Origin: an uncultured Phycisphaerales bacterium
Lineage (GTDB): Bacteria > Planctomycetota > Phycisphaerae > Sedimentisphaerales > Anaerobacaceae
Length of the DNA stretch: 64,000 nt
Assembly: GCA_963718665.1 (NCBI GenBank)
Contig: OY970359.1
Span: 672,001-736,000 of the forward strand
Reading direction: 5' to 3'
Position 1 is the first letter of the stretch. Every line of letters begins with the position of its first letter. The notes beneath the pieces were generated by a model that worked only from the letters and a program-made list of their open reading frames with translations, had not been told where the DNA came from and ran no database searches. This document shows, piece by piece, positions 1 through 9,383 of this stretch. The position numbers and the translations under genes are program-made.

Positions 1-719
1 CAGATTGGGAAAGGATGCTTGTCCCGAAAAAAGATGTATTATTAGAATTGGCCAAAGAGGCAAAAGAACAATTTGGAGTACTTTGCAGACGCAGTATCAA
101 AGATATTGAAACAGAAGCCAAACGACAAGACCGCGTAGAATTTGAGGCGAAAGTTTTGGAAGGGTTAGGACTATCAGGAAAATTTTCAAGTGATATTTTG
201 GCAGCGGTAGTCGATCTTGTCGAGGAGCGACATTTACTGCCGAAGATGCGGACAGTGAAGAAAAAGAAACGAATCGAGCATGATTTGGAGAAGTTGAAGG
301 AGGAGGTTACGGAGGAAATATTGCCGAGCGGAGTGAAGAGATTTCCCAATGCATTTGTTAAAGCAGGCTCAAAGACGGAATGGGAAGAGATAGGGATAGG
401 GGCAGAGAGGATAAAATTAGGTGAGAGGGGAATAGGGGTGCAGGAGATATGCGACGCAGAGGAGAATCATTTGATGGAGGTGCGGTCGATTGAGAAGGCC
501 AAGTATATAGTGTATGGGAAGCAAAAAGATGAACAGATAGTAAAGGTGCCGGATAGCGCAATAGTAATAAAGAAGGCGGTAAAAGATTATGAGATTTACG
601 CACGCCAGATAAAAGAGGAATTATACAGGGCGTTTATGGAGAAGTGCGGCGACCATCCGCTTTCAGAAAATCTAACGATGCAGGTTCTTGAGGAATATGG
701 TTTACCGGATGCGAGGTGA
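1..719 (+). CDS. Partial CDS, open at window start; resembles the C-terminal region of a type IIG / N-6 DNA methylase restriction-modification enzyme
   Basis: Frame is open from the window edge. Segment DRVEFEAKVLEGLGL...ILAAVVDLVEER resembles RM enzyme tails, and a Bro-N gene follows. No methyltransferase motifs are inside the window. Confidence 0.4.
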   Translation, partial: DWERMLVPKKDVLLELAKEAKEQFGVLCRRSIKDIETEAKRQDRVEFEAKVLEGLGLSGKFSSDILAAVVDLVEERHLLPKMRTVKKKKRIEHDLEKLKEEVTEEILPSGVKRFPNAFVKAGSKTEWEEIGIGAERIKLGERGIGVQEICDAEENHLMEVRSIEKAKYIVYGKQKDEQIVKVPDSAIVIKKAVKDYEIYARQIKEELYRAFMEKCGDHPLSENLTMQVLEEYGLPDAR

Positions 720-756
720 GAGGTTTCTCAAGTATGTTTTTCGTAGTCGATAAGGG

Positions 757-957
757 GCGATAGTAGAAGGCAAGAAATAGCGTACAGCGTACAGCGGACA
801 GCGTGTAGTTGAAGATGGAACTTGAGGTGTCCGAAAAAATCGGACAACTGAAATCGCGATAGTAGAAGGCAGTGATAAGACAGAGGACGGAGGGCAGAGG
901 GCGAAAGAAGGAATCGTCCGGCGTTAAGTTGTCCATACTTTGTGTACAACTGAAAAT
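757..957 (+). repeat. Two ~100-bp tandem units: 16-bp direct repeat + heptamer run + palindromic Bro-N-like cassette
   Basis: GCGATAGTAGAAGGCA at 757-772 and 856-871; AGCGTAC-type and AGAGGAC-type heptamers; cassettes at 824-853 and 926-955 both end in ACAACTGAAA. Confidence 0.8.
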
Positions 958-977
958 AAAGGTGGTAGTTAAGAGGG

Positions 978-1826
978 ATGAACCGTATGGAAACGACAAA
1001 AATAGCCATTTTCAGAGGCAAACAGATAAGAAAAACCATTCATAAGGACGAATGGTGGTTCTCGGTTGTTGATGTGTGTGAGGCATTGACTGAAAGCCCT
1101 GATGCCGGAGCGTATTGGAGAAAGTTAAAACAAAGACTAAAAGAAGAAGGAAGTGAAGTCGTGACATTTTGTCACGGGTTGAAATTGGAAGCGCCGGACG
1201 GTAAAATGCGTGATACTGATTGCGCTGACACGGAAGGCGTATTCCGCATTATCCAGTCAATTCCCAGCCCCAAAGCGGAACCCTTCAAACGCTGGCTGGC
1301 AAAAGTCGGCTATGAACGCATCCAGGAAATTGAAGACCCTGAACTTGGAACAAAGAGAACTCGCGCACTATACAAGGCCAAGGGGTATCCCGACGGCTGG
1401 ATAGAGAAGCGTATGCGAGGCATTGCCATCCGCGAGGAATTGACGGAGGAATGGAAAGAACGGGGCGTAAAAGAGGAACCGGAATACGCCATCCTCACCG
1501 CGGAAATCTCGAAGGCAACGTTCGGACTGACGCCTTCACAATATAAACGGCTTAAAGGATTGAAACGCGAAAATCTGCGCGACCATTTCAACGACCTTGA
1601 GCTGATATTCAATATGTTAGGTGAGGCAGCAACAACGGAAATAACGAGGAATAAAGACGCGCAGGGATTTTTGGAGAACAAGGAGACAGCCCGCGAAGGA
1701 GGCGAGGTGGCGGGCAAAGCCAGAAAGGACCTGGAGTCGCGGACAGGCAGGAGAGTAGTATCCCGTAAGAATTATCTGGAGGGACCTCCGGACAGAAAGG
1801 CATTGCCGGAGAAGAACAACCGATGA
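978..1826 (+). CDS. Bro-N domain-containing protein (phage antirepressor-like)
   Basis: IRKTIHKDEWWFSVVDV...YWRKLKQRL...DGKMRDTDCAD...IIQSIPSPKAEPFKRWLA is typical of this family. Start may be 987. Confidence 0.88.
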   Translation: MNRMETTKIAIFRGKQIRKTIHKDEWWFSVVDVCEALTESPDAGAYWRKLKQRLKEEGSEVVTFCHGLKLEAPDGKMRDTDCADTEGVFRIIQSIPSPKAEPFKRWLAKVGYERIQEIEDPELGTKRTRALYKAKGYPDGWIEKRMRGIAIREELTEEWKERGVKEEPEYAILTAEISKATFGLTPSQYKRLKGLKRENLRDHFNDLELIFNMLGEAATTEITRNKDAQGFLENKETAREGGEVAGKARKDLESRTGRRVVSRKNYLEGPPDRKALPEKNNR

Positions 1827-1939
1827 GCGAGGTTGTTTCGGTCATTTCTGGTATGACCCTGATGTTTGGCGACAAGAGTTAAATCCGTCTGTTTATTTCG
1901 TGGTTGAGATTCTAAAAAAGAGCCGGTATCCTGTCAGCA

Positions 1940-2640
1940 ATGAATAACGATGTCGCATTAGGCCTTGCGTGGTACGTGGTATTCGTCCTGTCGCTGAGCT
2001 TTCACGAGGCGGCGCATGCGTTTGCGGCGATGAAACTCGGCGACAAGACCGCGTATTACGGCGGACAGGTCAGCTTGCATCCGTTTGCACACATGAGGAG
2101 AGAACCCATCGGGATGATTGTGCTGCCGATTATATCGTATATTTTAAACGGCTGGATGATTGGATGGGCGAGCGCGCCTTATGACACCGCCTGGCGCAGC
2201 GCCATCCGAAACGCGAGATAATGATGGCGATGGCGGGACCTGCGGCAAATCTTATTCTTGCTATCGCCGGCGTGGTGATAATCCGAGTGGGATACGCGAT
2301 GGGTTATTTTTCTCCGCCGGCAAGCATCACGTTTTCGCATATAGCTGACGTGGAGAGTGCGGGCTGGGCGAACAGCATAGCGGTAATGACGAGCATACTT
2401 TTTACGCTCAACTTAGTGTTGTTTATTTTTAACCTGTTACCTATACCGCCATTGGACGGAAGCTGCCTTGTGCCTCTGGTTTTGGACAGTGAAAACGCTT
2501 ATAAATACAAAGCCCTTATCAGTCAGCCATCCGTCGCGATTATCGGATTGGTAATCGCGTGGCAGGTTTTCGGTTATATATTTGCCCCGATTCACCTCTT
2601 CGCGATTAATCTTCTCTACGCCGGCCATCACTACGGTTAG
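1940..2640 (+). CDS. Site-2 protease (M50) family protein, split by a 1-nt frameshift near 2192
   Basis: HEAAH in ORF 1940-2221; AGPAAN and NLLPIPPLDG in ORF 2221-2640. Adding one G gives W-A-Q-R-H-P-K-R-E-I-M. Confidence 0.85.
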
Positions 2641-2715
2641 GCACAAAAGACATTTCTGATTTATGATTTTCGATTGATGATTTTGGGATGCGGATTTCGG
2701 AAGAACAGGACAGGG

Positions 2716-3789
2716 TTACTGTTTTGCGTTTTCGTCGGCTTCGGCGGCGGGGATGCCGAATTTTCCCATAAGGCGATTGAGCTGGCGGCGATCGATGCCG
2801 AGAATTCTTGCGGCGGCGATTTTTCGGCCTTTGGTGTATTCGATGGTCTGGGTAATGACCCTGCGTTTTACTTCATCGAGGGTCGGCAACTGGTCTTTTG
2901 GATAAGAAGGCGAATCAGCTATTATGATTTCGAAAGGCATTACGGCGGGCTGAATTTCGGGGCCCTCAGTGAGGACGTAAGCACGCTCGATGGCGTTGGC
3001 GAGTTCGCGGACATTGCCGGGCCAGGCGTAGCTAATCAGGAGGCGTCTGACGGATTCACTGAATGTCTTGGGCGGCTCGTTGTAGAAGGCCGACTGGTTT
3101 TTGAGGAAGTATTCGGCCAAATCGAGGATGTCTTCTTTGCGATGACGAAGTGGAGGCACCTCAAGCTGAACAACATTGAGGCGGTAATAGAGGTCTGAAC
3201 GGAACGTGCCCTTTTTGACCATATCCTGCAGGTCCTTGCAGGTCGCGCACAGGACGCGGGCATCGACGGGATACGACATAGCGGAGCCGAGGGGCGTTAC
3301 ACGTCGTTCCTGGAGGACGCGGAGGAGCTTTGCCTGAAGCTCGAGGGGAATTTCGCTTATTTCGTCGAGGAAAATCGTGCCGCCATCTGCCGCCCTGAAG
3401 AAACCGAGCGTGCTGTCAACGGCGCTTGTGAATGCGCCTTTGACGTGGCCGAATAACTGGCTTTCGAATAACTGGCCTGTAAGGGTGGTGCAATCGACGG
3501 GAACAAAAACGCGGTGGGCGCGACTGCCTGAGACGTGAATTTGGCAGGCGACCATTTCCTTGCCGACGCCTGTTTCGCCGGTAATAATAACCGGACATTC
3601 GCGGGTGGCAATAGCCCTGATAACTTCCATTACGGAGTTGAACGCGGCGGAACTGCCGAGAAAATGATTATGCGTGCGAGTATAAAATGACTGCGCAGAC
3701 GCAGAATCCTGCTGTCCGTGCTTGCCGCTTCCATTCTGAAAGCTCAGCTCTTTTGCGCCAGGAGGCACCTTGCGCGAACTATCACCCAT
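2716..3789 (-). CDS. Sigma-54-dependent transcriptional activator (AAA+ and Fis HTH, no receiver domain)
   Basis: GETGVGKE, ESQLFGHVKGAFTSA, FLDEI, FRSDLYYRLNV, WPGNVREL, C-terminal AARILGI. Confidence 0.92.
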   Translation of the reverse strand: MGDSSRKVPPGAKELSFQNGSGKHGQQDSASAQSFYTRTHNHFLGSSAAFNSVMEVIRAIATRECPVIITGETGVGKEMVACQIHVSGSRAHRVFVPVDCTTLTGQLFESQLFGHVKGAFTSAVDSTLGFFRAADGGTIFLDEISEIPLELQAKLLRVLQERRVTPLGSAMSYPVDARVLCATCKDLQDMVKKGTFRSDLYYRLNVVQLEVPPLRHRKEDILDLAEYFLKNQSAFYNEPPKTFSESVRRLLISYAWPGNVRELANAIERAYVLTEGPEIQPAVMPFEIIIADSPSYPKDQLPTLDEVKRRVITQTIEYTKGRKIAAARILGIDRRQLNRLMGKFGIPAAEADENAKQ

Positions 3790-4194
3790 TACTTATCGCC
3801 CCATCTCCAGTGCAGACACATTCTCCCCTGCACCGCTGCAAAAACACAATTTTGGCGAGAATACCCTGCGTGAAGGTGAGGGCACTCTCTCCCATTTCTT
3901 CTTCATATCTTATTCTACGTTACTTAAGGAACAAAGTCAAATGAATTATAGGACTTTTTGTTTTTTGTTGCAGAACAAGCAAAATTGGCATGATAGATAA
4001 AATTGGCTTGAGGTCTAAAAGCAGCCCCAAAAACAGCTAACTTGTTTTGCTGCAAGAGGTTACGACTAAAGGTACGGCGATTATTCAAGTGGATGGCAAA
4101 ATAGAGGACAAGCAATGCTATTTTCTAAGCCAAATTCAATATACTACAAAGCCCGTATGAAAACAGTTATTAGGCGACAAAAACCCTCAGCCCC

Positions 4195-6078
4195 CTACTT
4201 GCCAAGCAGCTCAAAGGGGGAAATATAATCCCCGTGCTGCTGGGCGGCGGATTTGAAGCGTTTTCTGGCTTCAGCGAAGGTATCGAACAGGATTTTGGGA
4301 GTATCGGGAACTTTTCCCCGATAAATCTTCTCGACACGGTCGAGTTTGGCGAGATTTTCGGGGACACGAATTGTGAACTGTTTTTCGTAATCGTCTTTCG
4401 TGAACTGGGTTTTGAGATGTTCTTTGAACAGTCGGGCGAGGTCATCATACATAGGTATGAAGCCGGTCGGCGTTTTGATTGCATCGACATCGCCATTGAC
4501 GCGAAGCTCCGCCCAGAGAATCCAGACGAGCTTGTCAGCCATTGTATTCAGATATTTCCCGTCTTTGCCTCTGAGGAAATAATTGACGGAGAAGATGAGG
4601 GGCGGTTTCTTGACGCCTTTGGCAAAGTCGAGATTGATTTGGACATATTTGCCGAGCGGTATCGAAACGAAGTCGAGATTCGACATAAGGTTGAATGTTC
4701 TGACACCCTGCTTGCCGATAGTAGCCGCGGTGGTTTCCGATTCGAGGGCAGCACCTTTCAGGATAATACCCTCGTTCCAGTCAAAGGCCTGTTCAACCGG
4801 ATTCCAGGTGTCACTGTCGCGGCCTCCGTAAACCATACCGCCAACGGAGACGCCATTTGGGTCGTTGAGCGCGGGGTCGCAATTGTCGAGGTCAGGGATG
4901 CTGAGGGTATAACGGGCGTTTTTGTGAGCGGGCGGAATGGGATTGCCCTGGTCATCGGATTTACCGTTGAACCATTCGCCGGAGAAATTGGTGCCTTCGG
5001 GCGGTATTTCACAACCCATACCGAGCCAGTAGGGTTTTTTATGAGCATCAAGGAGGACATTGGAGAAGATGACCTCCATTGGGTTTGTGAGGACCTTGTA
5101 AATGACGGGGTCGTCTTTTGCGCTGACGTCCTGGATGATGCCGAAGATGCCCTTTTCAACGTTGACAGCACGGATTTGGCCGCCTTTTTTGCGGAAATAG
5201 GCGATATCATCTCCGACGATTGTTTGGCCCGGCAACATCGAGGTTGAGGTCTTGCCGCAGGCGGAGGGGAAGGCGCCGGTGAAATAAGTAACGCGCCCTT
5301 TTGGTCCGTGTGCGCCCATAACGAACATGTGTTCCGCGAGCCAGCCCTCTCGTGAGGCCTTCTGGATAGCGAGTCGCAGGGCGAGTTTTTTGAGGCCCAT
5401 AGTGTTGCCGCCGTACTGGGTGTTTACGGAGTAAACCAATTCGTCTTCGAGGTCGATATAAACGCGGCGGAGTTTGTCGTTTTTGCTGATGCCGTTTTCA
5501 AGCTCGCCCTCGGAGTGGAGAAATCTGAAGAAGCCGTGGTTTTCGCCGAGTTTTTTGAACTGCTCGTAGCCGGGGCGATAGAGAAGCGATTCGCTGTGAA
5601 CGACATAGGGCGAATCGGTAATCTGAAGACAGGGGATGGTGAACTCGGAGCCGACGGGACCGAGCGTCCAGAAGCAAATAATCATTTCCCTGCCTGCCAT
5701 CGAGTTTTTGAGGAGGTCGCGGATTTCTTTGGTTCCTGCCTGTTTTTCGACGGATTTGAGTGATTCGCCAAGCGATGAGCCGGCGGGCAGGAGGTATCTT
5801 GTGCTGAAGGTATCGCGTCCCTGGTCGTTAATGCCGTCGAAATGACAGGTGTGGCCCTTAATGTCGAGTGGCATTTCCTCGCCGTTTTTGATGGCAAGGG
5901 CGCGGATATGCGCTACGTCCTCCGGCGAGTCGATGCAGACATAGACGGAAGCCGGATTTGTCAGCTCGATAGCGTCCGCGATAAAATGATGCATCTTAGG
6001 GTGGTCAACCGCAATTAATCGGTCATAGTGTTTTCCTTTAACCCTGTTTTTCAAAATATCTTTTACTTCACCAGCCAT
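4195..6078 (-). CDS. pckG: Phosphoenolpyruvate carboxykinase (GTP)
   Basis: GWLAEHM, AFPSACGKT, VGDDIA, HKNARYT, GGRD motifs; 627 aa. Confidence 0.95.
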   Translation of the reverse strand: MAGEVKDILKNRVKGKHYDRLIAVDHPKMHHFIADAIELTNPASVYVCIDSPEDVAHIRALAIKNGEEMPLDIKGHTCHFDGINDQGRDTFSTRYLLPAGSSLGESLKSVEKQAGTKEIRDLLKNSMAGREMIICFWTLGPVGSEFTIPCLQITDSPYVVHSESLLYRPGYEQFKKLGENHGFFRFLHSEGELENGISKNDKLRRVYIDLEDELVYSVNTQYGGNTMGLKKLALRLAIQKASREGWLAEHMFVMGAHGPKGRVTYFTGAFPSACGKTSTSMLPGQTIVGDDIAYFRKKGGQIRAVNVEKGIFGIIQDVSAKDDPVIYKVLTNPMEVIFSNVLLDAHKKPYWLGMGCEIPPEGTNFSGEWFNGKSDDQGNPIPPAHKNARYTLSIPDLDNCDPALNDPNGVSVGGMVYGGRDSDTWNPVEQAFDWNEGIILKGAALESETTAATIGKQGVRTFNLMSNLDFVSIPLGKYVQINLDFAKGVKKPPLIFSVNYFLRGKDGKYLNTMADKLVWILWAELRVNGDVDAIKTPTGFIPMYDDLARLFKEHLKTQFTKDDYEKQFTIRVPENLAKLDRVEKIYRGKVPDTPKILFDTFAEARKRFKSAAQQHGDYISPFELLGK

Positions 6079-6265
6079 AGTGCCTCCATAGCGTTTTTTA
6101 GTTCAAAAAATCGCAAGAGTATAAACCGCGTTCTTGCAGGCCGTCAACTTAATTTTTTAACAAAATTTCGTTTTTTTAGCCCGTTGTATTTGCCTCGTCC
6201 GCGCGGTAGTATCGTGAAAATAATGGAAAATGGAAACGTTAATGATACGGCCGGAGAATTAAGCG

Positions 6266-7849
6266 ATGAGAAAATGCCTAATCCACAACAACAGATTTAT
6301 CGCAGAGACCACAAAGGCCGCGGAGATTATTTTTTGTTTTATTCTCTGTGGTATCGGCGCACTCGGCGGTGAAAGCAAAGCGGCCCCCGACAGCGGCATT
6401 CGAGGGCAGGTGGGCCTTGGGGGGATGGATAAATCGGTAGTAATGATACGCAGCGCGGGGCAGGAATTCGATTATATAACACCGTGGAAGCCGAAGGCGA
6501 TGAGTCAGGGGGTCGGGTCAGGGTTTATCATCGAGGGCAACAGAATTCTCACTAACGCGCACAACGTGAGCAACAACAAATACATTGAGATTCAAAAAGA
6601 GGACGTGGCGAAACGGTATCCCGCAAAGGTGGCATTCATCGGGCATGACTGTGACTTGGCGTTACTGACAGTTGAAGACAAGAGCTTTTTCGATGACACA
6701 AAAGCGCTTGAGCTGGCGGAACTGCCGGGCGTAAACACGGCGGTCGAGACATTCGGATTTCCAATGGGAGGCAGGCGCATATCGGTGACAAAGGGCATCG
6801 TATCACGGATACAGGTGGACACATATTCGCACACGGGGGCGGATTCACACCTTGTGATTCAGACAGACGCGGCGATAAACCCGGGCAATTCGGGCGGGCC
6901 GGTGATGCAGGACGGCAAGGTCGTGGGCGTGGCATTCCAGGGGCTGAGGCAGGCGGAGAACATCGGGTATATGATTCCGACGACGGTGATAAGACATTTT
7001 CTGGCGGACATCAACGACGGCAAATACGACGGGTTCGGGACATTAGGCGTGATGCTGTACCCGGGGCTGCATAACCCGGCATATAAGGATTATCTTAAAG
7101 TGCCGGCGGACCAGCAGGGAATTGTCGTGATTGATACGATAATGCACAGCTCAGTCGAATCGATTTTGAAATCGGGCGACGTGCTGACGCAGATTGATCA
7201 GTACGCAATCGACAATGACGGGAGAGTGGAAATATACGGGTTGAAGCTCGATATGTCGGAGGTGGTGGAGACAAAACAAATAGGGCAAACAGTAGAGCTT
7301 GCATTTTACCGCGACGGGAAACTTACAAAGGCGACGGCGACGGTTGCACTGAACAGGACTGTTTTTGAATTTGCGAGGCAATACGATATCGAGCCGGAAT
7401 ACGTTTGTTTCGGGGGGCTTGTATTTGTGCCGGCGACACGCAATTATCTCGAAACCTGGGGAGCCGAATGGATTATAGATGCGCCGTTTGAGCTGCGGTA
7501 CCTGTTCCACAATTCGATGCAGCTAAACAAGGACAGGGCAAGGAAGGAATACGTGGTGCTTTCGGAGATAATGCCGGATGAGATAAACGCGTACGCGGGC
7601 GGATTCAAAAGCCAGGTGGTCGAAAGCATAAACGGGACGACAATTGAAGGGCTTGCGGACGTGTGGAAGGCGTTCGATAAGCCGCCTGAGGGTTATTACA
7701 CGATTGCGTTTATGGGTATGGACCGGCCATTGATACTGGACGCGAAAGAGGCGCACACACAACAGGCGAAGATACTCACAAAATATGATATACCGCAGCA
7801 GATGCGATTGCCTTCGACCGGTTCCAACAAGAGGGAGGTACAACAATGA
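6266..7849 (+). CDS. Deg/HtrA-type trypsin-like serine protease with PDZ domains
   Basis: GSGF, ILTNAHNV, HDCDLALL, DAAINPGNSGGP: intact His-Asp-Ser triad; N-terminal hydrophobic segment. Confidence 0.92.
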   Translation: MRKCLIHNNRFIAETTKAAEIIFCFILCGIGALGGESKAAPDSGIRGQVGLGGMDKSVVMIRSAGQEFDYITPWKPKAMSQGVGSGFIIEGNRILTNAHNVSNNKYIEIQKEDVAKRYPAKVAFIGHDCDLALLTVEDKSFFDDTKALELAELPGVNTAVETFGFPMGGRRISVTKGIVSRIQVDTYSHTGADSHLVIQTDAAINPGNSGGPVMQDGKVVGVAFQGLRQAENIGYMIPTTVIRHFLADINDGKYDGFGTLGVMLYPGLHNPAYKDYLKVPADQQGIVVIDTIMHSSVESILKSGDVLTQIDQYAIDNDGRVEIYGLKLDMSEVVETKQIGQTVELAFYRDGKLTKATATVALNRTVFEFARQYDIEPEYVCFGGLVFVPATRNYLETWGAEWIIDAPFELRYLFHNSMQLNKDRARKEYVVLSEIMPDEINAYAGGFKSQVVESINGTTIEGLADVWKAFDKPPEGYYTIAFMGMDRPLILDAKEAHTQQAKILTKYDIPQQMRLPSTGSNKREVQQ

Positions 7850-9363
7850 GAATCCTATCAATAAATCGTTTTGCTCTAATATTTCTGGTTGTGCTAAGCA
7901 TAACCGGCGTTTCAGCCAGGGCGGGAGAGGACCAGACACGCGAGGCGATGAAGGGGTCGATTGTATATCTGGAGATTTCATCATACGGTTACGACCAGAT
8001 ACGGCCGTGGAAAAATACCGATGTCCAGCAGAAAAGCGGAGTGGGCTGCGCGACGGGGGCATACCAGGTAATAACGCCGGCGTGGAACCTGACGGACGCG
8101 AAACTAATCAAGGCGAAGGTGTCGGGACAAAACGAATACATACCGGCGACGATAAAGACAATAGATTACGAGGTTGACCTTGCGCTGCTGGAGCTTGAGC
8201 CGAACGCAATGAAAAAGCCGTTGAAGCCGATAAGGTTCGAAGACAAGTTTCAGCGGGGAGCGAAGCTGAATTATTACTGGCTCAACACCAACGGGGAGAT
8301 GACCACGGGGCAGGGATATATGGACCGTGCGGAGGTGCTGCGCTCGACGGTTTCATACGCATATTTTTTGAATCTGATAGTTACGAATACATCGCAGGAA
8401 ACAGGAACAGGACAGGTTTTTTGTGACGGAGCAAATCCCATAGGGATTTCCTGCTGGAGCAAAAATACCACCGAGACGGGACTTATACCCGCAGTGATAA
8501 TCAACAACTTCCTTGCCAGAGCGAAAGACGGCAACTATCCCGGAGTGCCGGCGGTCGGGTTCACAACCGAGGCATTGCTCGACCCGACGACACGAGCATA
8601 TCTCAAGATACCCTCGACGATGAAAAACGGCGTGCAGGTTGCGAGCGTGTATAATATCGGGACGGGCAGCCCCTCGACTTCGCTCGGGACAGGCGATTCG
8701 CTGAAGGCGGGCGACGTGATTCTCACAATCGACGGCAAAGAGATTGACGCATACGGCAAATTCCAGTACCCGGCATACGACCGCATAATGTTCCATCATT
8801 TAATCACAAGTCACAAAGTCGGCGATGATATTGTTTTTGATATATGGCGAGACGGGGCTAAACAGCAGTTGCACGTGCAGGCGAAAAATTTCAACGTGGG
8901 CGAGATGCTTGCCCCCTACTACGAATACGGAGAGCAGCCGGAGTACGTGGTTACGGGCGGATTTGTGTTTCAGAAGCTGACGAGGCCATACCTGGCCAAC
9001 TGGGGCAAGGACTGGGAAGGTAAGGTTACGCCTCATTTGCTGCATTACTTCAGGGATATGGCGTTTAAGCCGACGGCCCAGCGCAGAGAGATTGTGATAC
9101 TGAGCTATGTTTTGCCCGCGCAGATAAACCTCGGCTATACCGACCTGTCCCAGATTGTCGTCAGCAAATTTAATGGTATGCCCATCAGCCGATTAAGCGA
9201 CATCGTCAAGGCGCAGAAGCTGAACCCAAGCGACAAATACGACGTCGTGGAATTCGAGCTGGATGAGCCGACGGTGGTCATACCGCGTCAGCAACTGCCA
9301 CAGGCGGACGCGATGATTGCGACGAACTACGGGATTCGCAAGGCGGTGAACGTTAAACAATAA
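7846..9363 (+). CDS. Deg/HtrA paralog with degenerate catalytic motifs (probable pseudoprotease), signal peptide
   Basis: Colinear with the upstream protease (DYEVDLALL, PEYVVTGGFVF), but TNAH is replaced by TPAW and there is no GNSGG; 4-nt ATGA overlap. Confidence 0.8.
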   Translation: MRILSINRFALIFLVVLSITGVSARAGEDQTREAMKGSIVYLEISSYGYDQIRPWKNTDVQQKSGVGCATGAYQVITPAWNLTDAKLIKAKVSGQNEYIPATIKTIDYEVDLALLELEPNAMKKPLKPIRFEDKFQRGAKLNYYWLNTNGEMTTGQGYMDRAEVLRSTVSYAYFLNLIVTNTSQETGTGQVFCDGANPIGISCWSKNTTETGLIPAVIINNFLARAKDGNYPGVPAVGFTTEALLDPTTRAYLKIPSTMKNGVQVASVYNIGTGSPSTSLGTGDSLKAGDVILTIDGKEIDAYGKFQYPAYDRIMFHHLITSHKVGDDIVFDIWRDGAKQQLHVQAKNFNVGEMLAPYYEYGEQPEYVVTGGFVFQKLTRPYLANWGKDWEGKVTPHLLHYFRDMAFKPTAQRREIVILSYVLPAQINLGYTDLSQIVVSKFNGMPISRLSDIVKAQKLNPSDKYDVVEFELDEPTVVIPRQQLPQADAMIATNYGIRKAVNVKQ

Positions 9364-9383
9364 AAATAATAAGGACGTGCAAT

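Noticed and set aside
978..1826. Prophage
   Set aside because: Bro-N is the only phage-associated gene; no integrase, structural or replication genes are nearby.
3985..4005. Sigma-54 promoter (TTGGCATG...)
   Set aside because: No GC at the -12 position, and no gene downstream on that strand.
4234..5247. Long antisense ORFs (this one, and others opposite cimA, ilvD, guaB and tolB)
   Set aside because: Shadow ORFs of well-supported genes on the other strand.
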